DNA of 64,000 nucleotides from Chiloscyllium plagiosum (GCF_004010195.1 NC_057718.1:3260092-3324091), one strand, 5' to 3'. Counted from the first letter of the stretch, positions 13,547 through 26,328 are shown. Notes: generated by a model not told the origin, from the letters alone. Made by a program: numbers and translations.

Positions 13547-14472
13547 TAATGACTTGGAAGAGGGAGTCGAAGAGTGGGTCAGTAAATTTGCAGATGATAT
13601 GAAGATTGGTGGAGTTGTGGATAGTGAGGAGGGCTGTTGTTGGCTGCAAAGGGACTTAGGTATGATGCAGAGCTGGGCTGAGGAGTGGCAGATGGAGTTC
13701 AACCCTGTCAAGTGTGAGGTTGTCCATTTTGGAAGGACAAAAAAGAATGCGGAATACAGGGTTAACGGTAGGGTTCTTAGTAAGGTGGAGGAGCAGAGGG
13801 ATCTTGAGATCTATGTTCATAGATCTTTGAAAATTGCCACTCAGGTGGATAGAGCTTGTAAGAAGGCCTATGGTGTATTAGCATTCATTAGCAGAGGGAT
13901 TGAATTCAATAGTCGTGAAGTGATGCTGCAGCTGTACAGGACCTGGGTTAGGCCACATTTGGAGTACTGTATGCAGTTCTGTTCACCTCACTTTAGGAAA
14001 GATGTGGAAACTTTGGAGAGGGTGCAGAGAATATTTACCAGGATGTTGCCTGGAATGGAGAATAGATTGTACGAGGATAGGTTGAGAGTGCTAGGCCTTT
14101 TCTCATTGGAACAGCGAAGGATGAGGGGTGACTTGATAGAGGTTTATAAGATGATCAGAGGAATAGATAGAGTAGACAGTCAGAAACTTTTTCCCCGGGT
14201 ACAACAGAGTGTTACAAGGGGACATAAATTTAAGGTGAAGGGTGGAAGGTATAGGGGGGATGTCAGGGGTAGGTTCTTTACCCAGAGAGTGGTGGGGACA
14301 TGGAATGCGCTGCCTGTGGGAGTGGCAGAGTCAGAATCATTGGTGACATTTAAGCGGCAATTGGATAGGTATAGGAATGGGTGCTTAACCTAGGACAAAT
14401 GTTTGGCACAACATCATGGGCCGAAGGGCCTGTTCTGTGCTGTATTGTTCTATGTTCTATGTTCTATATTCT
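13547..14472 (+). mobile_element. Young 5'-truncated CR1 LINE (uninterrupted RT C-terminal ORF, 3' (tgttcta)n tail)
   Basis: ORF 13524-14393: INDLEEG...SKFADDMKIGG...RGRFFTQRVVGTWNALP; microsatellite tail at 14445-14472. Confidence 0.95.
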
Positions 14473-15919
14473 AACAAACAGCAGTGATAAATGAGTGATT
14501 TTCAGGTTGTAACTGGTAAAGTCTACCTTTCACTTGTTCATGGATATTGGGCATTAATGGCTAGCCAGCATTTATTGGCCATTCCAAAGTGCCCAGAGAG
14601 GAGACATACGTTAATCAAATTAAACTGTGCTTCTGGAGTCACATTAGGCCAGATAGGGTAAGAATCAGAGATTGTCACAGGGTCAGTGCTGAGGTCTCAA
14701 GTATTTACAATTTCTATCAATGAGTGTGCAAAATCTGGGAATAGTGCCCCGCAGTCAGCATCTGATAATCCTTATGTTCCAGGGCCCAGGTATTGCACAG
14801 AAGGATTGATTCTGTCATTTAGGTTTCAGGAGTTTTTTTAGGGCCTACAAGATAAAAATGAAAACACTATTAGTTTCAAAAAATTAATTTTTCAATAAAT
14901 GCAGCAACAAAAGATTACCACAGGTTTATCTCTTACCAGCCGGTGGGGAATATGTGTACCCCAGAGACAATGTCATTCCAGGCTGCAGTTGGTCTTAACA
15001 CCTTGGGGCTTTGAAGGGAAATTTGGGAAAGTGTGTGTGTCTCAAACATGACCGATAATGGCCTGTGATCACACTGCACTCACTGCCCACTGTCAGTTTA
15101 TGCCACCACCAGGGCAACTAGAGATGGTCAATAAAAGCTGGTGTAGATAATCATACACACATCACCAGAATTATTACAATAAACTCAGGGTCTTGATGAG
15201 TGAAGATTTATTTTTTATTCATTCATGGATGTGGATGTCACTGGTTAGACCAGCATTCACTACCCATTCCCGAATTGCCCCTTGAACTGACTGTCTTGTT
15301 AATGCCATTTCAGAGGGTTGTTTCAAGTCAATCACATTGATGTGGGTCTGGAGTCACATATGGAGCAGCCCAGTTATAACTGACAGGTTTTCCTCCCTAA
15401 GACATATGTTCATTAACTGGGAAGTTATTGATGACCATCGACTGGGTGTCAATGGTCACCATGAGGCTGAATTTTTAATTCAACTTCATTGGTTGTTACG
15501 TTCAGTCTCACAGTCAGTGGGTCAGGGGAGCTGTATGAAGCATGGAGGACTCAATAGACAATAGGTGCAGGAGTAGTCCATTCTGCCCTTCGAGCCTACA
15601 CCACCATTCATTATGATCATGGCTGATCATCCTCAATCAGTATCCTGTTCCTGCCTTATTTCCATAACCCTTGATTCCACTATCCTTGAGAGCTCTATCC
15701 AACTCTCCAGTTCCAAAAACGCACAACCCAGATGGCCTCCTTCTTCAAGGACCGCAATTTCCCCCCCGACGTGGTCGACGATGCCCTCCACCGCATCTCT
15801 TCCACTTCCCGCTCCTCCGCCCTTGAGCCCCGCTCCTCCAACCGCCACCAGGACAGAACCCCACTCGTCCTCACCTACCACCCCACCAATCTCCATGTAC
15901 AGCGCATCATCCACCGTCA

Positions 15920-16424
15920 NNNNNNNNNNNNNNNNNNNNNNNNNNNNNNNNNNNNNNNNNNNNNNNNNNNNNNNNNNNNNNNNNNNNNNNNNNNNNNNNN
16001 NNNNNNNNNNNNNNNNNNNNNNNNNNNNNNNNNNNNNNNNNNNNNNNNNNNNNNNNNNNNNNNNNNNNNNNNNNNNNNNNNNNNNNNNNNNNNNNNNNNN
16101 NNNNNNNNNNNNNNNNNNNNNNNNNNNNNNNNNNNNNNNNNNNNNNNNNNNNNNNNNNNNNNNNNNNNNNNNNNNNNNNNNNNNNNNNNNNNNNNNNNNN
16201 NNNNNNNNNNNNNNNNNNNNNNNNNNNNNNNNNNNNNNNNNNNNNNNNNNNNNNNNNNNNNNNNNNNNNNNNNNNNNNNNNNNNNNNNNNNNNNNNNNNN
16301 NNNNNNNNNNNNNNNNNNNNNNNNNNNNNNNNNNNNNNNNNNNNNNNNNNNNNNNNNNNNNNNNNNNNNNNNNNNNNNNNNNNNNNNNNNNNNNNNNNNN
16401 NNNNNNNNNNNNNNNNNNNNNNNN
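15920..16424. other. Assembly gap (N run)
   Basis: Ns. Confidence 1.
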
Positions 16425-16489
16425 GGAGGCCACATCGGGTGCAGAGGATGCAATAGATGATGTGTGTGGAGGTGCAGGTGAACTTTCCT

Positions 16490-16527
16490 CATTCCTGAAG
16501 AAGGGCTTATGCCCGAAACGTCGATTC
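16490..16527 (+). ncRNA. Minimal hammerhead ribozyme core with intact GUC cleavage triplet
   Basis: attc-CTGAAGA-A-GGGC-TTAT-GCCC-GAAA-C-GTC-gatt. Confidence 0.65.
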
Positions 16528-16616
16528 TCCTGTTCCCTGGATGCTGCCTGACCTGCTGCGCTTTTCCAGCAACACATTTCCAGCTCTGATCTCCAGCATC
16601 TGCAGACCTCACTTTC

Positions 16617-16975
16617 CCCTCTTGTTATGAAGGCCAGTATGCTATTAGCTTTCTTCACCACCTGCTGTACCCGCATGCTTGCCTTCATTGACTGGTGTAC
16701 AAGAACACCCAGATCTCTTTGTACTGCCCCTTTACCTAACTTGACTCCATTTAGGTAGTAATCTGCCTTCCTGTTCTTGCCACCAAAGTGGATAACCATA
16801 CATTGATCCACATTAAACTGCATCTGCCATGCATCTGACCACTCACCTAATCTGTCCAGGTCACCCAGTAATCTCCTAACAACCTCCTCACATTTCACCC
16901 TGCCACCCAGCTTAGTATTCTCAGCAAATTTGCTAATGTTACTATTAATACCATCTTCTATATCATTAATCATAC
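16617..16975 (-). mobile_element. CR1 LINE RT fragment
   Basis: INDIEDGINSNISKFAENTKLGG...WQMQFNVDQC. Confidence 0.85.
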
Positions 16976-18043
16976 ATCAATGAATGACAGGACACAAGGA
17001 AGTTCAGGCGGACAGAGGGAGCTTGGGGAGCTTGTCCACAGTTATAAGGAGAGGCTGGACAGGCTGGGACTTTTTTCACTAGAGTGTAAGAAGTTGAGGG
17101 GGTGACATTAAAAATCAGGAGGAAGATAGTTAGGGTGAAGAACAAAGATCTTTTCCTATGTGTAAGAGATGCAAAACTAAGGTGCATATTTGTAAGATGA
17201 TAGGAACATGATTTTAAAAGGACCTGAGGTGCAACAGAATCACACAGAGGGTAGTTCATGAGTGGAATGAACGGCCAGAGGAAATGGGAGATGCAGGTAC
17301 AACTACCACATTTAAATGGCATTTGTATGGGTACATGAACAGGAAAGGTTTCATTGGAGTTGGGCCAAACACACACAAATTGGATTAGATTAGTCTGGGA
17401 AAGTGATCAGCATGGACAAGTTAGATCGAAGGGTCTATTTCTGTGCTGTACGTTTCCATGAATCTGTGAAAGGCTGGAAGATTAGAGGGGATTTGAGGAA
17501 AGGTCTTTTCACCAGAGAGTGGCAGGAATATGGAATTCCCTGCCTGGGAGTGTAGTTGAGAAGGGAAACCACAGCCTTCAGAAATAAGTTGGATAAGCAA
17601 CTGCAATGTTATAATATTCAAGGCTGTGAATGTAGTGGTTGAAGTTTGGACTCGTGGAGGTTTAGTGAAATGATTGATGGAACAGACTCGATGGGCTGAA
17701 GAGTCTATTTTGTACTGTGATTCTACATGGTGATGATGTCATCACTGCATCACAACATGTGACCTGAGAGTACAAAGATCTCCAACTCCATCTTGTATCA
17801 GATCACATGAAGCATGTGACTCTACTGGAAATAATCCTGCTCTGTATAATCCAATTGCTAATGTTAGCCCAGACATTGACAAGACTGAGGGGTCTCATTT
17901 TTGCATATAACTGGAGTCTCCTCCATTTATTCAGTACTGTACATAACACAATCCCCACACCCAGATTCTCATGTTCTTGGAGACAGTATAAACATTGCTG
18001 CATCAGGTAAACAACCCTGTCAGAGGCAAAACTAGAAACATAC

Positions 18044-18086
18044 CTTTAAGCTCACTGTAAATAGAGCGATCCCATTGCTGCAATGG
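18044..18086 (-). CDS. Receptor cytoplasmic exon C4: PLQQWDRSIYSELK (second half of the ITAM)
   Basis: Strong acceptor tttctctttttcctgttag, donor G|gtatgt, phase 0 to 1, 43 bp, open frame containing YSEL. Confidence 0.85.
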
Positions 18087-19288
18087 CTAACAGGAAAAAG
18101 AGAAATATTAAAAACTGTGATCCATAACATAGACACAATGATGGCTTGTCCAGAATTATTTCACATTTTAACAATATTTCCTGCTTATGGGCAACAGGGA
18201 TTTCTCTTCCTGGAACCAGATCCATGTTAGCAGTCTCCTTCATTCATTCGTGTCAGCTCAGTTGAAAAACATTTGCTTTTGAGACTCGAGAGTTTGGATT
18301 GAAAGTGGAGTCCTGAGATGTGATTGTGCCACCCAGGCTGCTCCCTCAGTGCAGTACAGAGGCAGGGCAGCACTGTCAGCAGGATAGGCTTCTCAATGAG
18401 ATGTCAACATGAAACCCTATCTTCTTGAGCAGGAAAGCAATAATCTTTTTGATAGAAACTACTTTCCTCAAAGGGTTGTTAATCTTTGGAATTCTCTCTC
18501 TGCAAAAGAATTGACAACGTTCCAATACTGACAGCATTTTACATTGAACTGGACAGAACTTTGTTTCTCTGAGAATTTCCAGGATATGAGGAGCAGCTGG
18601 GAAAGTGGTAATAGGGCAGATTATTCACCAGGATTGTATTGAATGGTGGAGCAGCTTGAAGAAGCTGTCAGCTGTACATTTGCTCCTATTTCTTATGTTC
18701 TTATATTCGAAAGCAGCATTGCTCTCCCAGTGACCTTGTTGTATTTAAATCAGTTCCTCTTTTTCTGGATATCAGTGGCCACACTTCAAAGGCATTTCAC
18801 TCATTGTAAAGGCTGCCCAGACATGCTGAGGTTGTGAATGGAGTGATATAAATGGAAAAACATTTTCTTACTAAGAATTGTCGAATACAGTGATGAGCAC
18901 AGCTGACTCCTGAGGTTGGCAGTGACTGAGGAGACCAGGGATTGGGTATGAGGGAAGAAGGGACAGCTGAGAATCAGTGGGACTGAGTGGCAGAAGATCA
19001 GACTTGAACTTGGAGGGTCCAGGAGGGTTCAGTGTCTGGTGGTCTGACCCTGGGATTGGAAATCAATGAGTCAGAGAGTGGAGACAGGAGGATCTCAGTA
19101 ATTGAGTTGGGAACGTGGCATGGTGGACACTCTGGTTTGCTTGGCACTGAGCCCATTCCCAATAATGGTGATTGGTGTATAGAAATGTCAGTCAGATGAG
19201 GGGACCAATGGAAACTCAGAAAGGTGGCTCTTTGGGAATAGGGTGAATGTTGTAAAGCCAGCTGTTAATTGCAGTCCTAGATATTTAC

Positions 19289-19330
19289 CATGTAGGTTGA
19301 GTCAGAATCTGCTGGAGAATCCTTCACATT
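19289..19330 (-). CDS. Receptor cytoplasmic exon C3: NVKDSPADSDSTYM (first half of the ITAM)
   Basis: Acceptor ttgtttccttcttattacag, donor ATG|gtaaat, phase 0 to 0, 42 bp. Confidence 0.85.
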
Positions 19331-20974
19331 CTGTAATAAGAAGGAAACAACATATATTCTGTTCAGTAATCATTATAAACTGAGAGACGACGGAATGTTA
19401 ATTATACTGAGTCAGGAATTGTAGTCTTGAAACATTTCTATTTCCATGAAGGTGACTGATTTGTCAAACAGTTTCTGAATCAGAGCTGTGGGCAGCTGAC
19501 AGAACAGTTGAGTGGAAGAGGAATATAGCTCCCAGAGAAAAGTAGATCCCAGATGGAAAATCAGGAACAAAATCAGGAATATTTGGACCTGAAAATCCCG
19601 GTCAGACTCCAACCCTGTTTCTGAATTGAACAAAGCAAGTTGGACCAGTATGTTTAATTTGGTAATTTGAGTGATTTGGTTTTCCTGCTGATGGATCAAT
19701 TGTTGGTCATCATGAGGACTAATTGGAGATGAGCCATGCTAAGCCGTTCTCCAATAGCCCCTCATGAATGTCTGAGAGATCATGTATAGGTCTGGGATCA
19801 GTCCACCTGGTCTTTCTCTGGTGAGATGAGCTGTCAAGGCATAGAAATATTGTTAAGTTTTGTATTTTTGAGTGTGGACTGAAATGGAAAATAACTGGTT
19901 TAGAATCCAAGGATTAACATAGAACATAGAACATTACAGTGCAGTACAGGCCCTTAAGCCCTCGATGTTGCGCCAACCTGTCATACTAATCTGAAGCCCA
20001 TCTGACCTACACTATTCCATGTACATCCATATGCTTGTCCAACCGATTCCTGCACTTTCTGAAATCAAGTAACCTGAAACTCATTGTAAGTGTTATTTAC
20101 ACAGCTTCCTATTGGGACAGTAGTGGGAAAAGGTTTACAGACCAGGTGGAGCAAGAGGGTGGCAAGAGAGAGTGGGAGTTAGGGTGGGAGGGAAGGCTGG
20201 GACAGAAGGACAAGCAATAGTGGAATTCTAACCAATAGCATTTACCTAATTGGTCTGTCAACCCATGACCAGTTATTTATAACAAAGGACTTCTGTCTTC
20301 CAATAACAATGTGGATAGCTCACATAGAGATAACAACATTGAGTCTGTGAACAAGATATAGAGAAGCCATCAGACCTCCACCAGGTCAGGAGCTGTCTCT
20401 CTGTTCTCTGCAGGAAACAGCACTTTAACCCTGAAGAAAGTCAGCTGATTTCTACTTCAGCAATTCCTGTCGGCTGCAAATTTTAATGAATCAGTCAGGG
20501 AGATTCTATAAGTTGAGAAATCGATAAATTTATTGTCACGGTGTATTTCAACATAAAATACACTGAAAGGTGTGTACCATTACTTTGTATAAGTACAATT
20601 CCATTAATTACGAAGTAAAATAAAGAAAAGAAAATTTAAGAAAAAGACGACAAACTTTCCTTCGCCAATGCAACAGATGCTGTTGAGAGTGTCCCGCACT
20701 CAACCTTCCCAACCCACACTGCACTCCCTAGAGTGCCCCACTCTGGGCTTCCCAACCCACACCATGTTGCTGAGAGGACTCCAGTACTTGCACGCTTTTC
20801 ATGTGAACTGAAGGACTTGCATCAACTGCAAAAAATTCCACTTTCTCATTATGCAGCAGGTGTGAGACCACAGATAGCAGCACATCTTGTAGGTTTATGC
20901 ATATCATCCTCAGAAGGTAATATCTGCAAAGTAAGGCAGGAGGAAGATGGAGGATTGCCACCAGAGCATGCGCT

Positions 20975-21250
20975 GTGTGAATCAGTGTGAATCAGTCAGG
21001 TAGCTGTTGTAAATGTGATTCATTCAGGGATCTGCTGTCAGTGTGAATCAGTCAGGTAGCTGTTGTAAATGTGATTCATTCAGGGATCTGCTATCAGTGT
21101 GAATCAGTCAGGGATCTGCTGTCAGTGTGAATCAGTTAGGGAGTTGCTGTCAGTGTGAATCAGTTAGGGAGTTGCTGTCAGTGTGAATCACTCAGGGAGC
21201 TGCTGTCAGTGTGAATCAGTCAGGGAGCTGCTGTCAGTGTGAATCAGTTT
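20975..21250. repeat. Minisatellite, ~28-bp unit (gtcagtgtgaatcagtcagggagctgct)
   Basis: Directly visible tandem array inside a receptor intron. Confidence 0.9.
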
Positions 21251-21804
21251 CCCCTGTGCCTCCTGTAAATAAGTGAAAGCATCAGGAGAAGGAAGATTGA
21301 GAAACAGTGTCTGAGCTGCACAAGAATCAAGTTAGAAATCCCTGTGGACAGGGAACTCTGAGCTGTCTTCCCAGTCTTACCTGCTGTCCGTAACACCCAT
21401 GTTTTATCTGTTTCTGCCAGTCTGTATGTGTGAAAGGGGGATGTTTAGTCGAGGGTATGGAAGGGTTATATGTCATTGTTTCCCTGTAACTAGATTCTAC
21501 TTCGTTGTAAGAAACAGGAACTCGTGTTAAGGAGAGAAACCTGGTCTGTGGTTTCTGTCACCCTGGGTCTAAAAGACTGGGAAATGGGGGATGTGCATGT
21601 AGTTTGTAAAAATCTTAAAATATTGTGATCACTCCAGAAATAGCTGGCCTCCATTTCCAGCATGTTGCCCAAATAAGATGTAGTAAGGAGTTTAAGACAA
21701 AATGTTGGCTGTGCAGGAGAAATTAATTTGAAATCATAAATTGACAATGACACCAGCTCCTCCCTGTTCCAGGAACATGTACAGTGAAGAACAGTGAAGC
21801 TCAC

Positions 21805-21878
21805 CTGCCTGTATCCTGTCAAAGGAGGGATTCTGTCAGCTCCAGGGAGACACTGGTAACCAGCTGCTGTCATTGAGT
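21805..21878 (-). CDS. Receptor cytoplasmic exon C2: (D)SMTAAGYQCLPGADRIPPLTGYRQ
   Basis: Acceptor tttgtctcacag, donor CAG|gtgagc, phase 1 to 0, 74 bp; only this frame is open, and it matches the flanking exon phases. Confidence 0.75.
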
Positions 21879-22084
21879 CTGTGAGACAAATAATCACATG
21901 TTATATGTAGGCAGCTGGGATGTTGTTGAGAGCATTTCCCTATAAAGACCACATCTTTATAATTGTCTTTATTGTGAATTGGGGAACAAAATCAGAAAAG
22001 GATATTGCTTTAAATGAAGGAAACTGTAGAAGGAGATGGAAAAGACTGGTACCTGGCTTTCTTGAAGAGTGTAGAGTTATAAAA

Positions 22085-24070
22085 GCACAGCTGGTCAGAC
22101 AGCAGCCGAGGAGCAGGAGAATTGACATTTCTGGCATAAGCCTTTAATCAGGAATGAGGCTTGTGGGCAAAGGGGGTTGAGAGATAAATAGGAGGGGAGT
22201 GGGGTTGGGGAGAAGGGAGCTGGGAATGCAACAGGTAGGTGAAGGTGGTAGTGCAAGTGATAGTTTGGAGAGGAGGGTGCATTAGATAGGTGGGATGGAA
22301 GATGGACAGGTAGGACCATTCAAGATGGTGATGTCAAGTTGGAAGGATTGGACTAGGATAAGGTTGGAGGAGGGGAAATGGTGAAATCCATATTGATCCT
22401 CTGTGGTTGTGGGATCCCAAGGTGGAAGAAGAGGCATTCTTCCTCCAGGCGCTGGGTATTTCGAGTTTGATGATGGAGGAGGCCAAGAACTGCATTTAGT
22501 TCACAGAGTGGAACGGGGTGTTGAAGTGTTTAGCCACAGAGCAGTACGGTTGGTTGGTGTGGGTATCCCAGAAATGTTCTGCAAATTGGTGTCCTGTCTC
22601 CCCAATGTAGAAGAGATTACATCCACTGCAATGGATGCATTAGCTGACATTTGTGGAAATACGAGTAAAGTTCTGTCCTGTGTGGAAGGATCCTTTGGGT
22701 TTTGGGTGGAGGTGAGGGGGTTTTGTGGGAATCATGGACCTGACAAGGGAGTCACGGAAGGAATGTCTCTCCAAAATGCAGATAGTGGTGGGGAAAAAGA
22801 TATATCCCTGGTCATGGGGTCTGTTTGTCGGTGGCAAAAATGGTGGGGAATAATGTGGTGTATCCGGAGATTGGTCGGGTGGAAGGTGAGGATCGGGGGG
22901 CGGGGGTTTGTCCTTGTTGCAATTGGAGGGGTGGGGGTTCAAGGACAGAGGTGAGGGAGGTGGAAGAAATGTGCTGGAGGGCATCATCGACGATGTGAGA
23001 GGGGAAGCTTTGGTCTTTGAAGAGGGAGGCCATCTGGATGGCTACTGGTTGGGTCGGTGTGAGAGGAAGAAACAGAGGGCTTGGAGGCCTTCATCATGAC
23101 AGATTGGTGTGTACAGGGACTGGATGTCATGGTGAAGATAAGGGATTGGGGGCAGGGAAATGAAAATCATGGAGGAAGTGGAGGGCGTGGGTGCTGTCCC
23201 GAACGGAGGTGGGAATTTCCTGGCCGAAGGGGGACAGGACAGTTTCAAGGTATGCAGAGATAAGTTCAGTGGGACAGGAGCAGGCTGAGACAATAAGTTG
23301 ACTGGGGCAGTCATGTTTGTGAATTTTGAGTATGAGATAAAATTGGGCAGTGCGGGTTTAACAGGCAATGAGATCGGAGGCTGTGGATGGAGAATCCCCA
23401 GAGGTGATGAGGATGTGCATGTTCGGGGAAATGATGGTTTGGTGATGGGAGGTGAGGTCATCAAGTGGGCAGTAGGAACAGGTGCCCGTGAGTTGGCACT
23501 TGGCTTCAGCCATGTAGAGGTTGGTGCGTCAAACTACCCCATGTCAGTAAGTTTGATGGTGAGCTTGAGGTTGGAGTGGTGGCAGTGGAGGGCTGCACGT
23601 TGCAAGGGTGAGTGGTTGGAGTGGGTGATGGGAGAGCTGTCAATGTCCAGGGTGGGGTGGGAGCTAGGACCTGGTGTACAGCTGGAACTGGGAGTGGGAG
23701 GTAGAGACTGTACTAGAATGGGGCATGGTCATGTGATCGAAGATGATGTCACCCACAGAAGTAACGCTAACCTTGGGGGTGAAGTGTGTGGAAGTGCTGC
23801 CTGTGGGAACCGTGGGGACAGAAGTGGCGTCACACGTGATGTAGGCAATGTTGTCAGCGGTGTTCAGGTGGGAGCAGATGTGGCTAGGGTGGCAGCAGTA
23901 ATGGGTGCGGACGTGACGTGTTGGTTGGAGCTCGCGTTGGTTTCATCTGTGGTGGATCTTGTTGCGGTCACGGAGGAGGTTGTCTGGCTGGCAATCTCAG
24001 AAACAGCATAGTCGGCAGTGGATACTCTCTGTGGGGCGGTGTAGGCGGAAGTGATGTCATCGATCGCTGT
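22085..24070 (-). mobile_element. Degenerate Penelope-like element (minus copy of an inverted pair)
   Basis: DIQSLYTPICHDEGLQAL and MASLFKDQSFPSHIVDDAL; pLTR at 22085-22380. Confidence 0.8.
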
Positions 24071-24074
24071 GGTG

Positions 24075-25755
24075 GTGGTGGCTGCTCCTGCCCGCCCGAG
24101 CATATCTGCATACCGTCCTGTCCCACTTAATCCAGGAAAATGCCATGTATGTTGGGAACACCACCCATGCACTCCACCTCCTTCGTTTCCCCAGCTCCAA
24201 TGCCTTATCTGCACCATGCTATCCAGTCCTTGTGCACACCTATCTGCCATGAAGAAGGCTTCAAGCCCTCTGTTTCTTCTTCTCATGTTGACCAACCAAT
24301 ACCCTTACACCAGTACCTTCATTGCCTAGCTGAATTGGTCCTGGTTCTCAACAACTTCTCCTTCCAATCCTCTCATTTTCTCCAGACCAAAGGGGTAGCC
24401 ATGGGCACCCACATGAAACCCAGATCAATGCCTGCTTTTTCATTGGCTACGTGGAACAGTCCATCTTCAAGAGCTAAACCAGCATCATTCCCCACCTTTT
24501 CTTCCACTACATTCATGACTGTATCGGGGCCACATCATGGTCCCATCAGGAGGTTGAAAAGTTCATCGATTTCACTAAGTCCTTCCACCCTGAACTCAAG
24601 GTCACCGGGACCATCTCAGACATCTCTCTCCCTTTCCTGGACCTCTCCATCTCTATTTCTGGTGACTGACACAACACATATATTCACTACAAACCCACCA
24701 ACTCCCACAGCTACCTGAATGACTCATCACCTTCCTCAGAGACCAGAATTTCGTCTCCCACATGGTCATGAAGCCCTGCAATGCATCTCCTCCACTTTCT
24801 CCCTTCTATCCTTGAACTCCACCCCTCCAATCACAACAATAACAGAACCCACCTGGTCCTCACCTTCCACACCACCAACCTCTGGATACACCACATCATC
24901 CTCCGCCACTTCCACCACTTACAAACAGACCCACCAGAGATATATTTCCCTCCCCATCACTATCTGCATTTCGAAGAGACCATTCTCTGTACAACTCCCT
25001 TGTTAGGTCCACGGCCTACACCAATCGACCCTCCCCTCCCTGCAACTTCCCCTACCATCTCAAGAATGCAAAACCTGTGCCCACTCCTTGCCCCTCACCT
25101 CTTTCCAAGGCCCAGAAGGATCCTTCCATATCTGACAGAGATTTGCCTGTACTTGCAAGCACATCATCTATTTCATCCGTTGCACTCAATGTGGTCTTCT
25201 CTACTTCATGATGACAGGAGGCCAACTTGCAGATCATTCAGAGAACAGCTCTGGGACACCCGCACTGACCAATCCCACCAAAGGACATGCAGGTTCTGGG
25301 CCTCCTCCATTGCCAAAACTTAATTACCTGACACCTGGAGGAAGAACGCATTGGGATCCTCCAACCACACAGAATCAGTGTGGATTTCACCAGTATCTCC
25401 ATTTCCCCTCCCCCACCTTATCCCAGTCTCAACGTTCCAACTCAGCACCACTATTTTGAATGGTCCTACCTGTCTATCTTCCTTCCCATCTATCTGCTCC
25501 ATTCTCCTCTCCAGCCTGTTACCTTCATGCCCCCACTTTCATCTATCTATTGCATTCCCAGCTACCTTCCCCCCAAACTCACCCCGCTCCCATTTATCTC
25601 TCAGCCCCCCTGACCATAAGCCTCATTCCTGATGAAGGGCTTATGTATGAAATGTCGACTCTCCTACTCCTCGGATGCTGCCTGACCTGCTGTGCTTTTC
25701 CAGCACCACACTCTTTGACTCTGATCTCAAGCATCTGTAGTCCTCAATTTCTCCC
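24075..25755 (+). mobile_element. Degenerate Penelope-like element (plus copy of an inverted pair)
   Basis: LNNFSFQSSHFLQTKGVAMGT and LVLTFHTTNLWIHHIILRHF; pLTR at 25620-25755. Confidence 0.85.
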
Positions 25756-26328
25756 ATCTCACTTTCTGTCCCACCATCTGGCTTCAGAATGCATGAATAT
25801 TCTGTGATTTAATTTGATCAAGCAGAGCCTAATCAAGTCGAGTCCATATGGCTTCATGAAAGGAAAATCGTGTCTGACTAAATCATTCCAGATTTTTACA
25901 TGAAGTCCCACCAGAATGGATTGACAGAACTAACAATGTGTTGAAGTTGGATTTTCAAAAGATATTCAATAAAGAATGGTTCTGAATGGGGTATGACAGA
26001 TGTAAAAACATCAGTCTCTGTTGGCTGGTGGGCTACAGGAGTCTGTTTCTGTGTCTGAAACTCCAAGCATTTTCATGGCCATTCTTTACAGCATTGTTAT
26101 CCTGAGGGGAAGGTTCAAGCTGCAGCTAAAAGCCCAGGGGGATACTACCACCTTCATTCTGTTGGCTGTGGGTTCACCACCTTTCATGGTCAATTGTGTT
26201 CATCATCCAACTGACCTGCTCTAACCATTAGCTTATTAATTATGTCAGAAATCTGACTGTAAAAGGGAAATTTGGAACAGAGAGATCCTGGCCAAATATT
26301 GCAGAAATGATGGAATTAGTTTGCTTAC

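Larger units (their letters stand above)
15705..16616 (+). mobile_element. Penelope-like element spanning an assembly gap, with an inverted internal piece and pLTR
   Basis: MASFFKDRNFPPDVVDDAL...PLVLTYHP; pLTR at 16486-16616. Confidence 0.8.

Noticed and set aside
15613-16973. Long ORFs of 230-446 aa (also 40988-42298 and 47239-47811)
   Set aside because: Inflated by N gaps and made of TE fragments
20975-21250. CRISPR-like array or RSS heptamer array
   Set aside because: No unique spacers, eukaryotic DNA, and cacactg is not followed by a spaced nonamer
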